Origin: Patescibacteria group bacterium
GTDB lineage: Bacteria > Patescibacteriota > Patescibacteriia > Buchananbacterales > UBA6539
Length of the DNA: 64,000 bases
Direction of reading: 5' to 3'
NCBI GenBank assembly: GCA_041662625.1
Contig: JBAZSB010000003.1
Location: 38,552-102,551 of the forward strand
Shown here: piece by piece, positions 39,101 to 47,517 of the stretch
How the letters are laid out: every line of letters begins with the position of its first letter
Position numbering within the stretch: position 1 is the first letter of the stretch
Notes under the pieces: model-generated
Told to the model about the DNA's origin: nothing
Databases searched by the model: none
The model's input: the letters and a program-made list of their open reading frames with translations, nothing else
Position numbers and translations under genes: made by a program

Positions 39101-40049
39101 TAATCAATATGCTATTGGTGTAGCTGGTTATACTTTAGCCTTAAAGGCTGGGCCATGGGTTTCATTTTTTTATGGTAATCCAGTAGGAAATGGAACTGCC
39201 ACTACGCCCGATACCGGTGCTTATGCTGCTTTTTCTCCAACGACAAATTATTTGGCCGGTAATGTTGGTATCGGCAAAACCGCACCTAGTCAGAAATTAG
39301 ACGTGGCGGGAAATATTAACGGCACTGGACTTTGTATTGGTGGTGATTGTAAGACAAGCTGGAGCCAAGTCGGCGGATCGGCTTGGACTGATAGTGGCAC
39401 GGCAATATATAACACGACTTTAACTGATAAGGTTGGCATTGGCACAGCCAATCCAGTTAATAAATTGGACGTCGCTGGCGATGTTGCTATTACGGGCAAA
39501 CATGCTTTGCGTGGCAATGACTCTTGGTTAAGATTAAATCAAGACGGTGCTTTCACTTCCGGCGTGCATACTCCAGGTGTCTTTGCACCAGGCAGTTTAA
39601 ATGTCGGTGGAGCAGGCGGTTGGGGTAACCCGGGTGCCGGAAATGTCTGGATAGCTGGTAACGTTGGTATTGGTACAGCGGCGCCGGCGGCAAAATTGGA
39701 TGTTAACGGTCAGGTTAAAATATCAGGTGGTAGTCCCGGGTTAAACAAGATTCTTACTTCAGACGCCTCCGGTTTAGCCACTTGGAAAACGCTGAACTTT
39801 TTAACCTGTAATTTAAATACCTCAACGTGGACAATGGATAATGGTTGTACGGTTGGTTTTCCGGGATCCTACAAAGAACCTTTCATAATGTATTGCCCAG
39901 CCGGTTATTTTGCGATGAGCGGTGGGGTTGATTGCGGCGTTAACGATACAGTTGGAATTAGTATTCCTTATAACGGTGGCTGGAAGATAGATTGCAGTGG
40001 TATTTATTATGCTGATAGTGGCGCTTTGACTTGCGTAAAATTACAATAA
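36186..40049 (+). CDS. Large fibre/adhesin-like secreted protein with many GNVGIGT repeats
   Basis: N-terminal TM/signal, WQGPTESPPQGN motif, about 10 (G/D)NVGIGT units, LCxGxDCxTSW spacers, and a Cys-containing C-terminal domain (CPAGYFAMSGGVDC). Confidence 0.8.
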   Translation: MKNRAILAKILPLISGLVTVVLVTFFIMAAWVWAASSWQGPTESPPQGNPSGFIQASPPSAQEARININGDAEVGNLIIKPTGSFIFGLEDPISSWPDLCAEISPNVCTGWSDALIELIGTGLWQKSGGTGPDIYYNTGDIGMGTENPGDDGQGRKNVHIYSNNGSRLIIDGAGSSALSAAFLDFVTRGDGTKTVNNVSTQGWNFMAYSNSYLTSNLKNDLRIRYYNGTVPTDVIHLTDTGNVGIGITAPDSFLHVETGDARGTLSAGYTTRALGRNSIALGKGIDVTGDNSIGIRLNTGQKDIAMVTNPGVMAILDGNVGIGTTAPTNKLEIQDSGRNSVSLSKISSDTADPENINLFVGFERFWNSVDDNPVIKGWNNRTGQPAALDLQGQNGGIVIVPSRLQVGIGAKALNPSSNTFFLVTDSGANSNRVAIEGDVYYGTAIKGASHYGWSGYFKSPDSSPSPSYKGVFIDKLCLGSETSCQTSWSGVGGNTWLVNNGNVYRNPSYGNVGIGTSAPYEEFVVQGAAGNPAFIAAAGGADEWQYSGVDLWNTGTNYGSASSPGNTLWRLTHRRSNSTVSPVEDSFQIHYKDSNNNWINPLTILPNGNVGIGTADPKSSLDITGNIKLNSNPANGGAQVQIESYYVTPTPAVQGKGFGGGFWVNEYYDPVADTMRRTRTGPSGVFNMKEDGHWRLTSSPSGAAGSDANVNAVLDLFIQNNGQVGIGTATLASGDKLTVAGNIKASGTICANNGSVCLGGSGSTGWTDGGTNVYLTTTSDNVGIGTASPSSKLDVAGGGISGNYGLIPNYASWNSYGTGDGGAGIYNDSGTFKKLMIVGNNSAGGAVPGGREVGIWDNLTVNGNTYVAGNVGIGKAPSSQKLDVAGNINGTGLCIGGDCKTSWSQVGGSAWTDSGTAIYNTTLTDNVGIGTASPSNKLDVVGFIEANGSSTIVNTSPPSADQVTGWKIGLWGNQYAIGVAGYTLALKAGPWVSFFYGNPVGNGTATTPDTGAYAAFSPTTNYLAGNVGIGKTAPSQKLDVAGNINGTGLCIGGDCKTSWSQVGGSAWTDSGTAIYNTTLTDKVGIGTANPVNKLDVAGDVAITGKHALRGNDSWLRLNQDGAFTSGVHTPGVFAPGSLNVGGAGGWGNPGAGNVWIAGNVGIGTAAPAAKLDVNGQVKISGGSPGLNKILTSDASGLATWKTLNFLTCNLNTSTWTMDNGCTVGFPGSYKEPFIMYCPAGYFAMSGGVDCGVNDTVGISIPYNGGWKIDCSGIYYADSGALTCVKLQ
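38829..39430 (+). repeat. Exact 134-bp direct repeat within the fibre gene
   Basis: 38829-38962 is identical to 39297-39430 (offset 468 bp, in frame). Confidence 0.9.
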
Positions 40050-40107
40050 GACTTCCAAACATTTCTTTGGCTGTAATGGGACAACCTGGAAACAGTTAGA
40101 TAATTAA
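40039..40107 (+). pseudogene. Orphan out-of-frame C-terminal fragment of a fibre-like protein
   Basis: The +1 frame reads NYNKTSKHFFGCNGTTWKQLDN* across and after the stop of the 1287-aa gene. It has no start codon. Confidence 0.55.
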
Positions 40108-40145
40108 ATCTGCTTAGATAATTTATTGTTTAAATAGTATATCGT

Positions 40146-41954
40146 ATGAGGTTAAAGTTTTTAGCCCTAAGCCTTACCTTTGGCATTATTAGTTTAGGCA
40201 TCGTTACTTTTGTTTTTGCCGTGGAAGCTCCCCCGGCGCCAGTTTGTGGTAACGGTGTTACCGAGGCGGGTGAAGAATGTGATGACGGTAATCATACTCT
40301 TACCGATTTATGTGACACTTTTGCCGAGGCGCCCAAAAGCAATGGTGAGTGCACCCTGACCTTTTGTGGTGATGGGGCGGTTCAATCGCCTAATGGCAGC
40401 GGGGTAAATCCGAATGAAAAGTGTGATGACCAAAATGAAGAAACAGCTTTGTGCACTAGCGAATGCGGTCAAAAAATGATGGGCTGGGCCTGGTCAAGTA
40501 CTTTTGGTTGGCTTTCTTTAAATGATGATAATTGTTTAATCAAATATCTTAATCCGGATTTACAAACTGAAAATCCAGATATTTGTCGTACCCAAACAAT
40601 TGATTATTATGTTCAAATTACGGCCAATAATGAAGTCGTGGGTTATGCCTGGTCGGATAATATCGGCTGGTTTTGCTTCGGCTCAAGGTGTACTGGTAAT
40701 CCATTACCGGGTGTTTCACCAAATACCTCTTTAATTATTGATCCCCAAGCGCCGGAGAGTCCCCAAGTGAAAGGTTGGGCCAAAGCTGAGGGTTTTGGTG
40801 ATAACGGTTGGTTTTCTCTAAATTGTGAAAATGATAGTTCTTGCGGTAATGTTGAATATCAAACCCTGTTAATTAAAAGTGATTTTGATGGTACTTGCAG
40901 TAAAACTGCCTCGGATTATTGTGTTAGTAACTCAGATTGTCCGGCTGGTGAAGAATGTTTTCGCGAGCAACGCTTCACTTTAAGTGGTTGGGCTTGGAAT
41001 GATAATATTGGCGCTCCAGGTTTAGGGTGGCTGCAATTTAATCCAGTTAGTGAAATTTCCCCTTGGCTGCAAACTGAATACGGTGATATTTATGCTTTAC
41101 GTGGCATTACTGGTGGACAAGCTCCCGGTTACAATGCTACTTACCGGATTTTAGCCAATGATACAATTGTTAATTTTTCTTCTGCCCGAGGAACTGATAG
41201 TTGGTGGGTTGATCGAGAATTTGGGCCTCTTAATTTCCCAATGCCCCAAACTCGCTATTCCAATGCCCTGGGTCAGCTGGATGTCAACGGTTTGATTTGT
41301 GATTTTACCTCAGGTGGCAATACTTGTGTTAATAAATACGGTAAGACCGTAGTTGATCTTAAACAGCAGCCTTTAGCCAGTCAGCAACTTTTGGGTGGCA
41401 AAATTTATTATCATGAAGGTGATTTGACTATTGGTAGCTCAGTGGAATTTTTGAATGGCTCTGGGTTTGATGATGGCTCCGGGACAATTATTATTAAAGG
41501 TAATTTAGTTATTAATTCTGATATTACCTATGACGATTCTGATGACTTGACTCGATTTAGAAACTTGGCTTCGGTGGCCTGGATTGTTCTGGGAGATTTA
41601 AAGATTTCTCCTAATGTTCCGGCCACCACTGGCGGAAAACTCGCCGGTAATTTTATTGTGATTGGCGCAGGGGAAAATAGTTGTAGCCCTGATCCTGATG
41701 TGGAAGTGGCAGGCTGCGGTCAAATCTATAGTTGCGGTAGTTTATCAGAATGTAATAAACGCTTAACCGTTTCTGGTTTAATGATGGCCCGAAAATTTTT
41801 CTTGAAACGAACTTTTACGGAAAAAGAAGAAACACCGATTCAGGGGTCAGAAATTATTATTTATGATGGTCGACTTTTAGCCAATACGCCGCCCGGGCTG
41901 GGTGATTTTGCCAAGGCTTTGCCAATTTGGCGGTCAGGAACTTTCTCTCGTTAA
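40146..41954 (+). CDS. Secreted Cys-rich protein (Myxococcus-type CGNG..EECDDGN repeats, GWAW repeats), probably pilus-associated
   Basis: Signal peptide, CGNGVTEAGEECDDGN, GWAWS/GYAWS/GWAK/GWAWN repeats, and a C-terminal GDLxI/GNLxI region ending IIYDGRLLANTPPGL. Lies upstream of pilM. Confidence 0.7.
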   Translation: MRLKFLALSLTFGIISLGIVTFVFAVEAPPAPVCGNGVTEAGEECDDGNHTLTDLCDTFAEAPKSNGECTLTFCGDGAVQSPNGSGVNPNEKCDDQNEETALCTSECGQKMMGWAWSSTFGWLSLNDDNCLIKYLNPDLQTENPDICRTQTIDYYVQITANNEVVGYAWSDNIGWFCFGSRCTGNPLPGVSPNTSLIIDPQAPESPQVKGWAKAEGFGDNGWFSLNCENDSSCGNVEYQTLLIKSDFDGTCSKTASDYCVSNSDCPAGEECFREQRFTLSGWAWNDNIGAPGLGWLQFNPVSEISPWLQTEYGDIYALRGITGGQAPGYNATYRILANDTIVNFSSARGTDSWWVDREFGPLNFPMPQTRYSNALGQLDVNGLICDFTSGGNTCVNKYGKTVVDLKQQPLASQQLLGGKIYYHEGDLTIGSSVEFLNGSGFDDGSGTIIIKGNLVINSDITYDDSDDLTRFRNLASVAWIVLGDLKISPNVPATTGGKLAGNFIVIGAGENSCSPDPDVEVAGCGQIYSCGSLSECNKRLTVSGLMMARKFFLKRTFTEKEETPIQGSEIIIYDGRLLANTPPGLGDFAKALPIWRSGTFSR

Positions 41955-42027
41955 AATTTTGCTTGCTGGTTAATTCCTAAAATCCCAAATTAGCGGATTA
42001 TCTTATCTTTATTATTCCCATAGCTTT

Positions 42028-43197
42028 ATGCCATTTTTTTCTTCTCCGCAAAGTTATTTAGGCGTTGATTTTGATGCTAAAAGTGTCAAGGTTGTTGAGT
42101 TGAGAAGCGAGGGTGGCCGGCCGCGACTAGTAACTTATGGCTATGTTGATAAAGATGTAGAAAAAAGTATTGCGGATAATGATCGTGGACAAAATTTAGA
42201 AACAGCTAAACTCATTAAACAAGTCTGCCAAAAGGCCAGAACGACTACCTCTAAAGCCATTACGGCCTTGCCGGCCTATTCGGTTTTTAGTTCAATTTTG
42301 AGCCTACCGGGTATGACCAAAAAAGATTTAGCCACGGCCGTTAAATGGGAAGCCAAAAAGGTAGTTCCCTTACCAATTGAAGAGATGATTTTAGACTGGA
42401 AAGTTTTGGAAGATTTTTCCGTCGGTCCACTGATAGCCGGAGTAAAAAAAGGAGAAGAAGAGCAAAAACCCGAAGATGGTAATGGCAACGAAGAAGTAAA
42501 TACTGAGGAAGCTCGTCCGAAAGGGTTTTTAAAAATCAATCCTAAAGCTAAAAAGAGTTATACCAAAATATTACTAACCGCCGCTCCTAAAGATTTAGTC
42601 AAGCGTTATATTGAGATTTTCAAAGCGGCAGATTTGAATTTATTAAGTTTAGATACGGAAGCCTTTGCTCTGATCCGGTCGCTGGTGGGGAGTGATAAGT
42701 CAGCTTTGATGATTGTTGATATTGGTTCAGTTGTTACTAGTATTTCGATTGTTGTCAACGGGATTCCTATTTTGAATCGGAGTATTGATGTTGGTGGTTT
42801 AACAATCACCAAATCAATTGCCAATAGCTTAAATGTCAGTTTGGATCGAGCCGAGCAGTTTAAATATGATATTGGGATGAATCCCCAGCGCGTCGGACAG
42901 GGGAGTGTGCCTAAAACAATTGAGATGACGTTGGGTCCAATTGTTGATGAATTAAGGTACAGTTTAAATCTTTATAAAAATCAGGGTCAAAAAGACATTG
43001 AGAAAGTAATTTTAACTGGTGGCTCATCACTTCTTTTGAATTTACCGGAATATTTAGCAAATTTATTAGGCTTGCGGGTCTTTCTGGGTGATCCTTGGGC
43101 GCGGGTAGTTTATCCGGAAGAATTAAAACCCGTTTTAGATGAGATTGGTGCCCGTTATTCAGTCGCCATCGGTTTAGCGATGAGGGACATCTCATAA
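42028..43197 (+). CDS. pilM: Type IV pilus assembly protein PilM
   Basis: Actin-like motifs LGVDFDAKSVKVVEL, MIVDIGS, VILTGGSS and AIGLAMR. Confidence 0.93.
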   Translation: MPFFSSPQSYLGVDFDAKSVKVVELRSEGGRPRLVTYGYVDKDVEKSIADNDRGQNLETAKLIKQVCQKARTTTSKAITALPAYSVFSSILSLPGMTKKDLATAVKWEAKKVVPLPIEEMILDWKVLEDFSVGPLIAGVKKGEEEQKPEDGNGNEEVNTEEARPKGFLKINPKAKKSYTKILLTAAPKDLVKRYIEIFKAADLNLLSLDTEAFALIRSLVGSDKSALMIVDIGSVVTSISIVVNGIPILNRSIDVGGLTITKSIANSLNVSLDRAEQFKYDIGMNPQRVGQGSVPKTIEMTLGPIVDELRYSLNLYKNQGQKDIEKVILTGGSSLLLNLPEYLANLLGLRVFLGDPWARVVYPEELKPVLDEIGARYSVAIGLAMRDIS

Positions 43198-43222
43198 TAA
43201 TTATAAATTATAAATTAAATTT

Positions 43223-44353
43223 GTGCCTGAGATTAATTTACTGCCTGATGAATTGAGAGGTAAAGAGAATAAAGAGTTAAAATCGGCTCAAAAAAAGCCG
43301 AGTGAGTTTAAAGTTGAAATGGCAAGTCCGGCTAAAGAGAAAGCTACCCCACCGTTAAAAGAGTTTAAACCTTCACTTTTAAGTCGTCTTTTTGCTAAAA
43401 AGTTGGAGCCAGCTCAGACCCCGACTGCTTCCCCTTCGGAATCATTTGAAGGAGAAGCAAGACAAGCTAAAGAAGCACTGAAGCAAGAAGAAGAAAAAGT
43501 ATTGCATCTTCCTCAAATGGAAGAAGCCGAAGTTGATTTGTCTGCAGCGCCGCCCTCTTTCCAAGCTAGTAGTAATTTGGAACAAAAAAATAAAAGTCAG
43601 GATGTTGATAGCGAAAGAATAAAATCCCGAGTTTCGCCGCCGCTCTTTAAAACCACTGCTGAAGTGGCTAAACCTCCTCAGCTGCAGAAGGAATCCAATT
43701 TTTTTGATAAATTATTTTTTTGGCGTCACAAGAAAAAAATTAAGCCGGCTAAAAGCTTCGCTAAAGAAACAGTTTTAGATGTTAATTTAATCCCAGCTGA
43801 TTTAGCTAAACAGCCAGAAGCTGAATTATCTAATAAGTTATTCACGAGCGGGATAGTAGTCCTAATTTTTATTTTATTAGTCACGGCAGTTTATTTAGGT
43901 ATTAGTTGGTATCAACTCAGAGTCGTCAGACAGATTGGGGATGTCGAAGCCAAAATTGCCAGCCTGGATCAAGAAATTGCCCAGTATGAAAAAGATAAAT
44001 CATTGGCTTTGGATTTACAACAGCGTTTAGATTTAATTCATCAGCTTCTTAATGATCATATCTATTGGACTAAATTTTTTGGTCTTTTGGAGAAATATAC
44101 AATTAGTGAAGTTTACTATTCTAATTTTTCGATGACTGGTAAAGATAAATTAATTCTTTCGGCGATTGGGAAAGATTATGAATCAGTGGCTAAGCAATTA
44201 GTGGCTTTTCAGCAAGCTACTGATTTTATTAAAAGTGTTAAAATTGATGCCGCCTCAGCTCAATTTGATCCCGAAGAGCTCGCTTATTTAGGTGTAAAAT
44301 TTAATATTAGCTTAGAATTTTTACCCGATGTATTTTTGAAACCCGATAAATAA
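43223..44353 (+). CDS. pilN: PilN-like protein with extended N-terminus
   Basis: INLLP and VNLIP motifs, TM helix, coiled coil and HIYWT. Follows pilM. Confidence 0.7.
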   Translation: MPEINLLPDELRGKENKELKSAQKKPSEFKVEMASPAKEKATPPLKEFKPSLLSRLFAKKLEPAQTPTASPSESFEGEARQAKEALKQEEEKVLHLPQMEEAEVDLSAAPPSFQASSNLEQKNKSQDVDSERIKSRVSPPLFKTTAEVAKPPQLQKESNFFDKLFFWRHKKKIKPAKSFAKETVLDVNLIPADLAKQPEAELSNKLFTSGIVVLIFILLVTAVYLGISWYQLRVVRQIGDVEAKIASLDQEIAQYEKDKSLALDLQQRLDLIHQLLNDHIYWTKFFGLLEKYTISEVYYSNFSMTGKDKLILSAIGKDYESVAKQLVAFQQATDFIKSVKIDAASAQFDPEELAYLGVKFNISLEFLPDVFLKPDK

Positions 44354-44374
44354 CCAATCTAATTAAGATATAGT

Positions 44375-45007
44375 ATGGCTGACGCCAAAGAAGTTAAAAA
44401 GGACAAAAAGAGAAATCCAGCTTTAATGCTGGCATTAATTCGGTATCATAAATTGATTACGGCTCTTTTAGTAATTTTGATAATTTTTTTGAGTTATCAA
44501 TTTATTCTTGAGCCAAAATATCAGCAAGTTAGTCTTGGCGGTCGATATAATTTAGCGACTTTGGAAGAAGAATTGAATAAACGAGAAACTTATTTAAATA
44601 GTTTGAAAGAATTAGCTGGAAATTATCAAAAAATTAGCCAGGAGCAGGTTGAAAATTTAAAAAAGATTTTACCAGCAGAAAAAGATATTCCGTCCCTTTT
44701 CGTTCAACTTCAAGCCTTAACGGAACAACATAATTTGATACTGGCGACAATTAGTATTAATGAAATTTCCGAGGCATCTTCGACCAAAAAAAGTAAAGTC
44801 CAAGAGGAGACGCCACCTGCTCCAGGAATCAAAAAATTGGATATTAGTTTAAATTTGATTGGTAAGGAGGGGGGAAATAACTATTTGGCAGTTAAAGAAT
44901 TTCTTACTACTTTAGAAAGTAATTTGCGGCTGTTTGATGTTAACTCAGTTTATTTTAGTCCGACATCAGCAAATTATTCAATTAATCTTTTTACCTATTA
45001 TTATTAG
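44375..45007 (+). CDS. pilO: PilO-like protein
   Basis: TM helix, coiled coil, ILPxEKDIP and LESNLRLFDV. Third gene of the pilMNO order. Confidence 0.75.
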   Translation: MADAKEVKKDKKRNPALMLALIRYHKLITALLVILIIFLSYQFILEPKYQQVSLGGRYNLATLEEELNKRETYLNSLKELAGNYQKISQEQVENLKKILPAEKDIPSLFVQLQALTEQHNLILATISINEISEASSTKKSKVQEETPPAPGIKKLDISLNLIGKEGGNNYLAVKEFLTTLESNLRLFDVNSVYFSPTSANYSINLFTYYY

Positions 45008-45019
45008 TCACTCTAGTTT

Positions 45020-45325
45020 ATGTTAGTGCAAAAGAAAATGAGGGGAGCAAAAAGAAAAATCATGATTGTGGTGGTTATTGGTGTAATTTTAGTAATTAGT
45101 TATCTGTTTTTCAATAGTTTTATCGCCGGAAAAATTCAAATTTTTAAACCTTTAGAAGTAGAACCCATAAAGAAGCTAACTGTTCCTGATTTGAACCCCA
45201 AGTTTGATTATGATTTTTTGACCAAAACACCTTATACTGAATTAAAAATGTCCTCGCGAGCTAAACTGCCAGTTGAGGTCGATAAAATTGGGAGAGAAAA
45301 TCCATTTGCGGAAATCAAATTTTAA
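45020..45325 (+). CDS. Small bitopic pilus-associated protein (PilP position)
   Basis: TM helix and a C-terminal GRENPF motif. Confidence 0.6.
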   Translation: MLVQKKMRGAKRKIMIVVVIGVILVISYLFFNSFIAGKIQIFKPLEVEPIKKLTVPDLNPKFDYDFLTKTPYTELKMSSRAKLPVEVDKIGRENPFAEIKF

Positions 45326-45365
45326 GATCAGGAAATTGACCCTAATTTAACTATCACTCATTCTC

Positions 45366-47096
45366 ATGTATAAAAATCAGGATCAACTAATCCAAGAATT
45401 GATTACGGAAAATTTATTAACTAAAGAACAAGCGGCCGACTTGCAGAGCCGAACTTTAGAAGCGGGGAAAACTCCCGAAGAATTGATTATTCGAGAGAAT
45501 TTAGTTAATGAAGATAAATTGACCCAAGTTAAAGCTAAACTTTTGAATATTCCTATTGCTGATTTGGAAGGCAAACAATTATCTCGTAAGATATTGAATT
45601 TGATTCCCCAGGAAGTAGCAGAAAATTATCAAATGGTCCCTTTCGAAAAAGTAGATAATGAAATTAAAGTCGGTTTAGTTAATCCCCAAAATTTTAAAGC
45701 GGTTGAGGCCGTTGAGTTTTTGGCCCAAAAGGCGGAATTAAAAGTCAAATATTTTCTTATCTCCCAAAGTAGTTTTTTATCCGCTTTCGGTCAGTATCAG
45801 GTTTTAGGTGAGGAGGTAAAACAAGCGCTGAAAGGTGTCAGTGAAGATTCAATGATGTCGGGGGCAGACAAAAAAGATCTTAAGGAGATGGAAGAAGTTA
45901 TTAAGAGTGCCCCGGTTTCTAAAATGGTTTTGGTAATCATTCGCCATGCCATTGACGGACGAGCTTCTGACATTCATATTGAGCCAACGGTTACTGATAC
46001 CAAAGTTCGTTATCGGATTGATGGAATTTTGCGGACCTCACTAGTTTTACCTAAATATATTCATGCCGCAATTGTAGCGCGGATTAAGGTTTTGGCTAAT
46101 TTAAAGCTTGATGAAACTCGTAAACCGCAGGATGGTCGAATCCGATTAACTATTGCTGGTCGGGATATTGATTTTCGAGTTTCAACCCTGCCTTTATTTG
46201 AGGGTGAAAAAGTAGTTTTGAGAATTTTGGATACGACCGCTCAGATTCCCGGCCTGGAGCAGTTAGGTTTTAATCCAATTTATATTGATTTAATTAAGGA
46301 ATCAATTAAAAAACCTCATGGTTTAATTTTACTTACCGGGCCAACCGGTTCGGGTAAAACCACAACTTTGTATACCATTTTGACCATGTTGAATCAGGAA
46401 GGAATTAATATTATCACTTTGGAAGATCCAATCGAATATTATATTGATGGTGTTAACCAATCACAAATTAGACCAGAGATTGATTATACCTTTGCCTCAG
46501 GCCTGCGGGCAATTTTAAGGCAGGATCCAAACGTGGTAATGCTTGGTGAAATTCGTGACAAGGAAACAACCGAATTAGTAATCCATGCCAGCCTGACTGG
46601 TCATATGATTCTTTCCACTTTGCATACTAATAGTGCTATTGGCGCCATTCCTCGCTTGATTGATCTAGGGGCAGAGCCATTTTTACTTTCCTCGGTAATA
46701 AATTTAATCATTGCCCAAAGATTGGCTAGAAAGATTTGTCCCGATTGTAAGAAAGAAGTTAAGGTTCCACCCTTGTTGCTTAAAAAAGCCAAGGAGAATT
46801 TAGCTGGCATCCCTGCTAAATATTTAGAAGGTGTCGACGTAGCTAATCCGGTATTTTTTAAAGGTGAAGGCTGTGCCCACTGTGGTAACTTAGGTTATCA
46901 AGGCCGGGTGGCAGTGGCAGAAGTTATCACTATTACTCCAGAGCTACGGGAAATTATCAATCAAGGTGGTGATACTACGGCAATCAGAAAAGCCTTGGTG
47001 AGCCAAGATTTTATTACTATAGCGCAGGATTGTCTTATTCGAGCTTTGAAAGGCATTACTACAATTGATGAAGTCGTTAGGATTTCTCAGCTTTAA
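45366..47096 (+). CDS. pilB: Type IV pilus extension ATPase PilB/GspE
   Basis: ASDIHIEP, PQDGR, GPTGSGKTTT, TLEDPIEY, LRQDPNVVMLGEIRD, STLHTN, and two CxxC pairs. Confidence 0.95.
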   Translation: MYKNQDQLIQELITENLLTKEQAADLQSRTLEAGKTPEELIIRENLVNEDKLTQVKAKLLNIPIADLEGKQLSRKILNLIPQEVAENYQMVPFEKVDNEIKVGLVNPQNFKAVEAVEFLAQKAELKVKYFLISQSSFLSAFGQYQVLGEEVKQALKGVSEDSMMSGADKKDLKEMEEVIKSAPVSKMVLVIIRHAIDGRASDIHIEPTVTDTKVRYRIDGILRTSLVLPKYIHAAIVARIKVLANLKLDETRKPQDGRIRLTIAGRDIDFRVSTLPLFEGEKVVLRILDTTAQIPGLEQLGFNPIYIDLIKESIKKPHGLILLTGPTGSGKTTTLYTILTMLNQEGINIITLEDPIEYYIDGVNQSQIRPEIDYTFASGLRAILRQDPNVVMLGEIRDKETTELVIHASLTGHMILSTLHTNSAIGAIPRLIDLGAEPFLLSSVINLIIAQRLARKICPDCKKEVKVPPLLLKKAKENLAGIPAKYLEGVDVANPVFFKGEGCAHCGNLGYQGRVAVAEVITITPELREIINQGGDTTAIRKALVSQDFITIAQDCLIRALKGITTIDEVVRISQL

Positions 47097-47129
47097 TCCT
47101 TAATGTTTAAAAATTAATAATTTAAAATT

Positions 47130-47507
47130 ATGGCAAAAAAGAAACTTATTCTCCTAGTGGAAGATGATGAATTTTTAGCTGAGCTTTATGCAACTAAACT
47201 TAATTTAGAGGGATATGAAGTGGCTTTGGCTACTGATGGTGAAAAAGGTCTGAAAATGGTCAAAGAAAAAATGCCTGATTTGATTTTGCTTGATATCATT
47301 TTGCCAAAAATGGATGGTTTTGAAATTTTAAAAAATATCAAGGCCGATAAGGCCCTGCGGAATTTACCTGTCATCCTATTGACTAATTTAAGCCAAAAAG
47401 ATGAAATTAAGAAAGGTTTAGACCTTGGGGCTAATGATTATTTAATCAAAGCTCATTTTATGCCTTCTGAGGTAGTTAAAAAAATAAAGAAAACAATTGG
47501 CGGCTAA
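47130..47507 (+). CDS. Single-domain response regulator (CheY-like receiver)
   Basis: LLVEDD, PDLILLDIILPKMDG, LTN and YLIK motifs. Confidence 0.92.
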   Translation: MAKKKLILLVEDDEFLAELYATKLNLEGYEVALATDGEKGLKMVKEKMPDLILLDIILPKMDGFEILKNIKADKALRNLPVILLTNLSQKDEIKKGLDLGANDYLIKAHFMPSEVVKKIKKTIGG

Positions 47508-47517
47508 TCTAAAAAAT

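Noticed and set aside
36186-40049. Prophage tail fibre or prophage region
   Set aside because: No capsid, terminase, portal or integrase genes are nearby. The protein has an N-terminal signal/TM segment and lies in the pilus locus.
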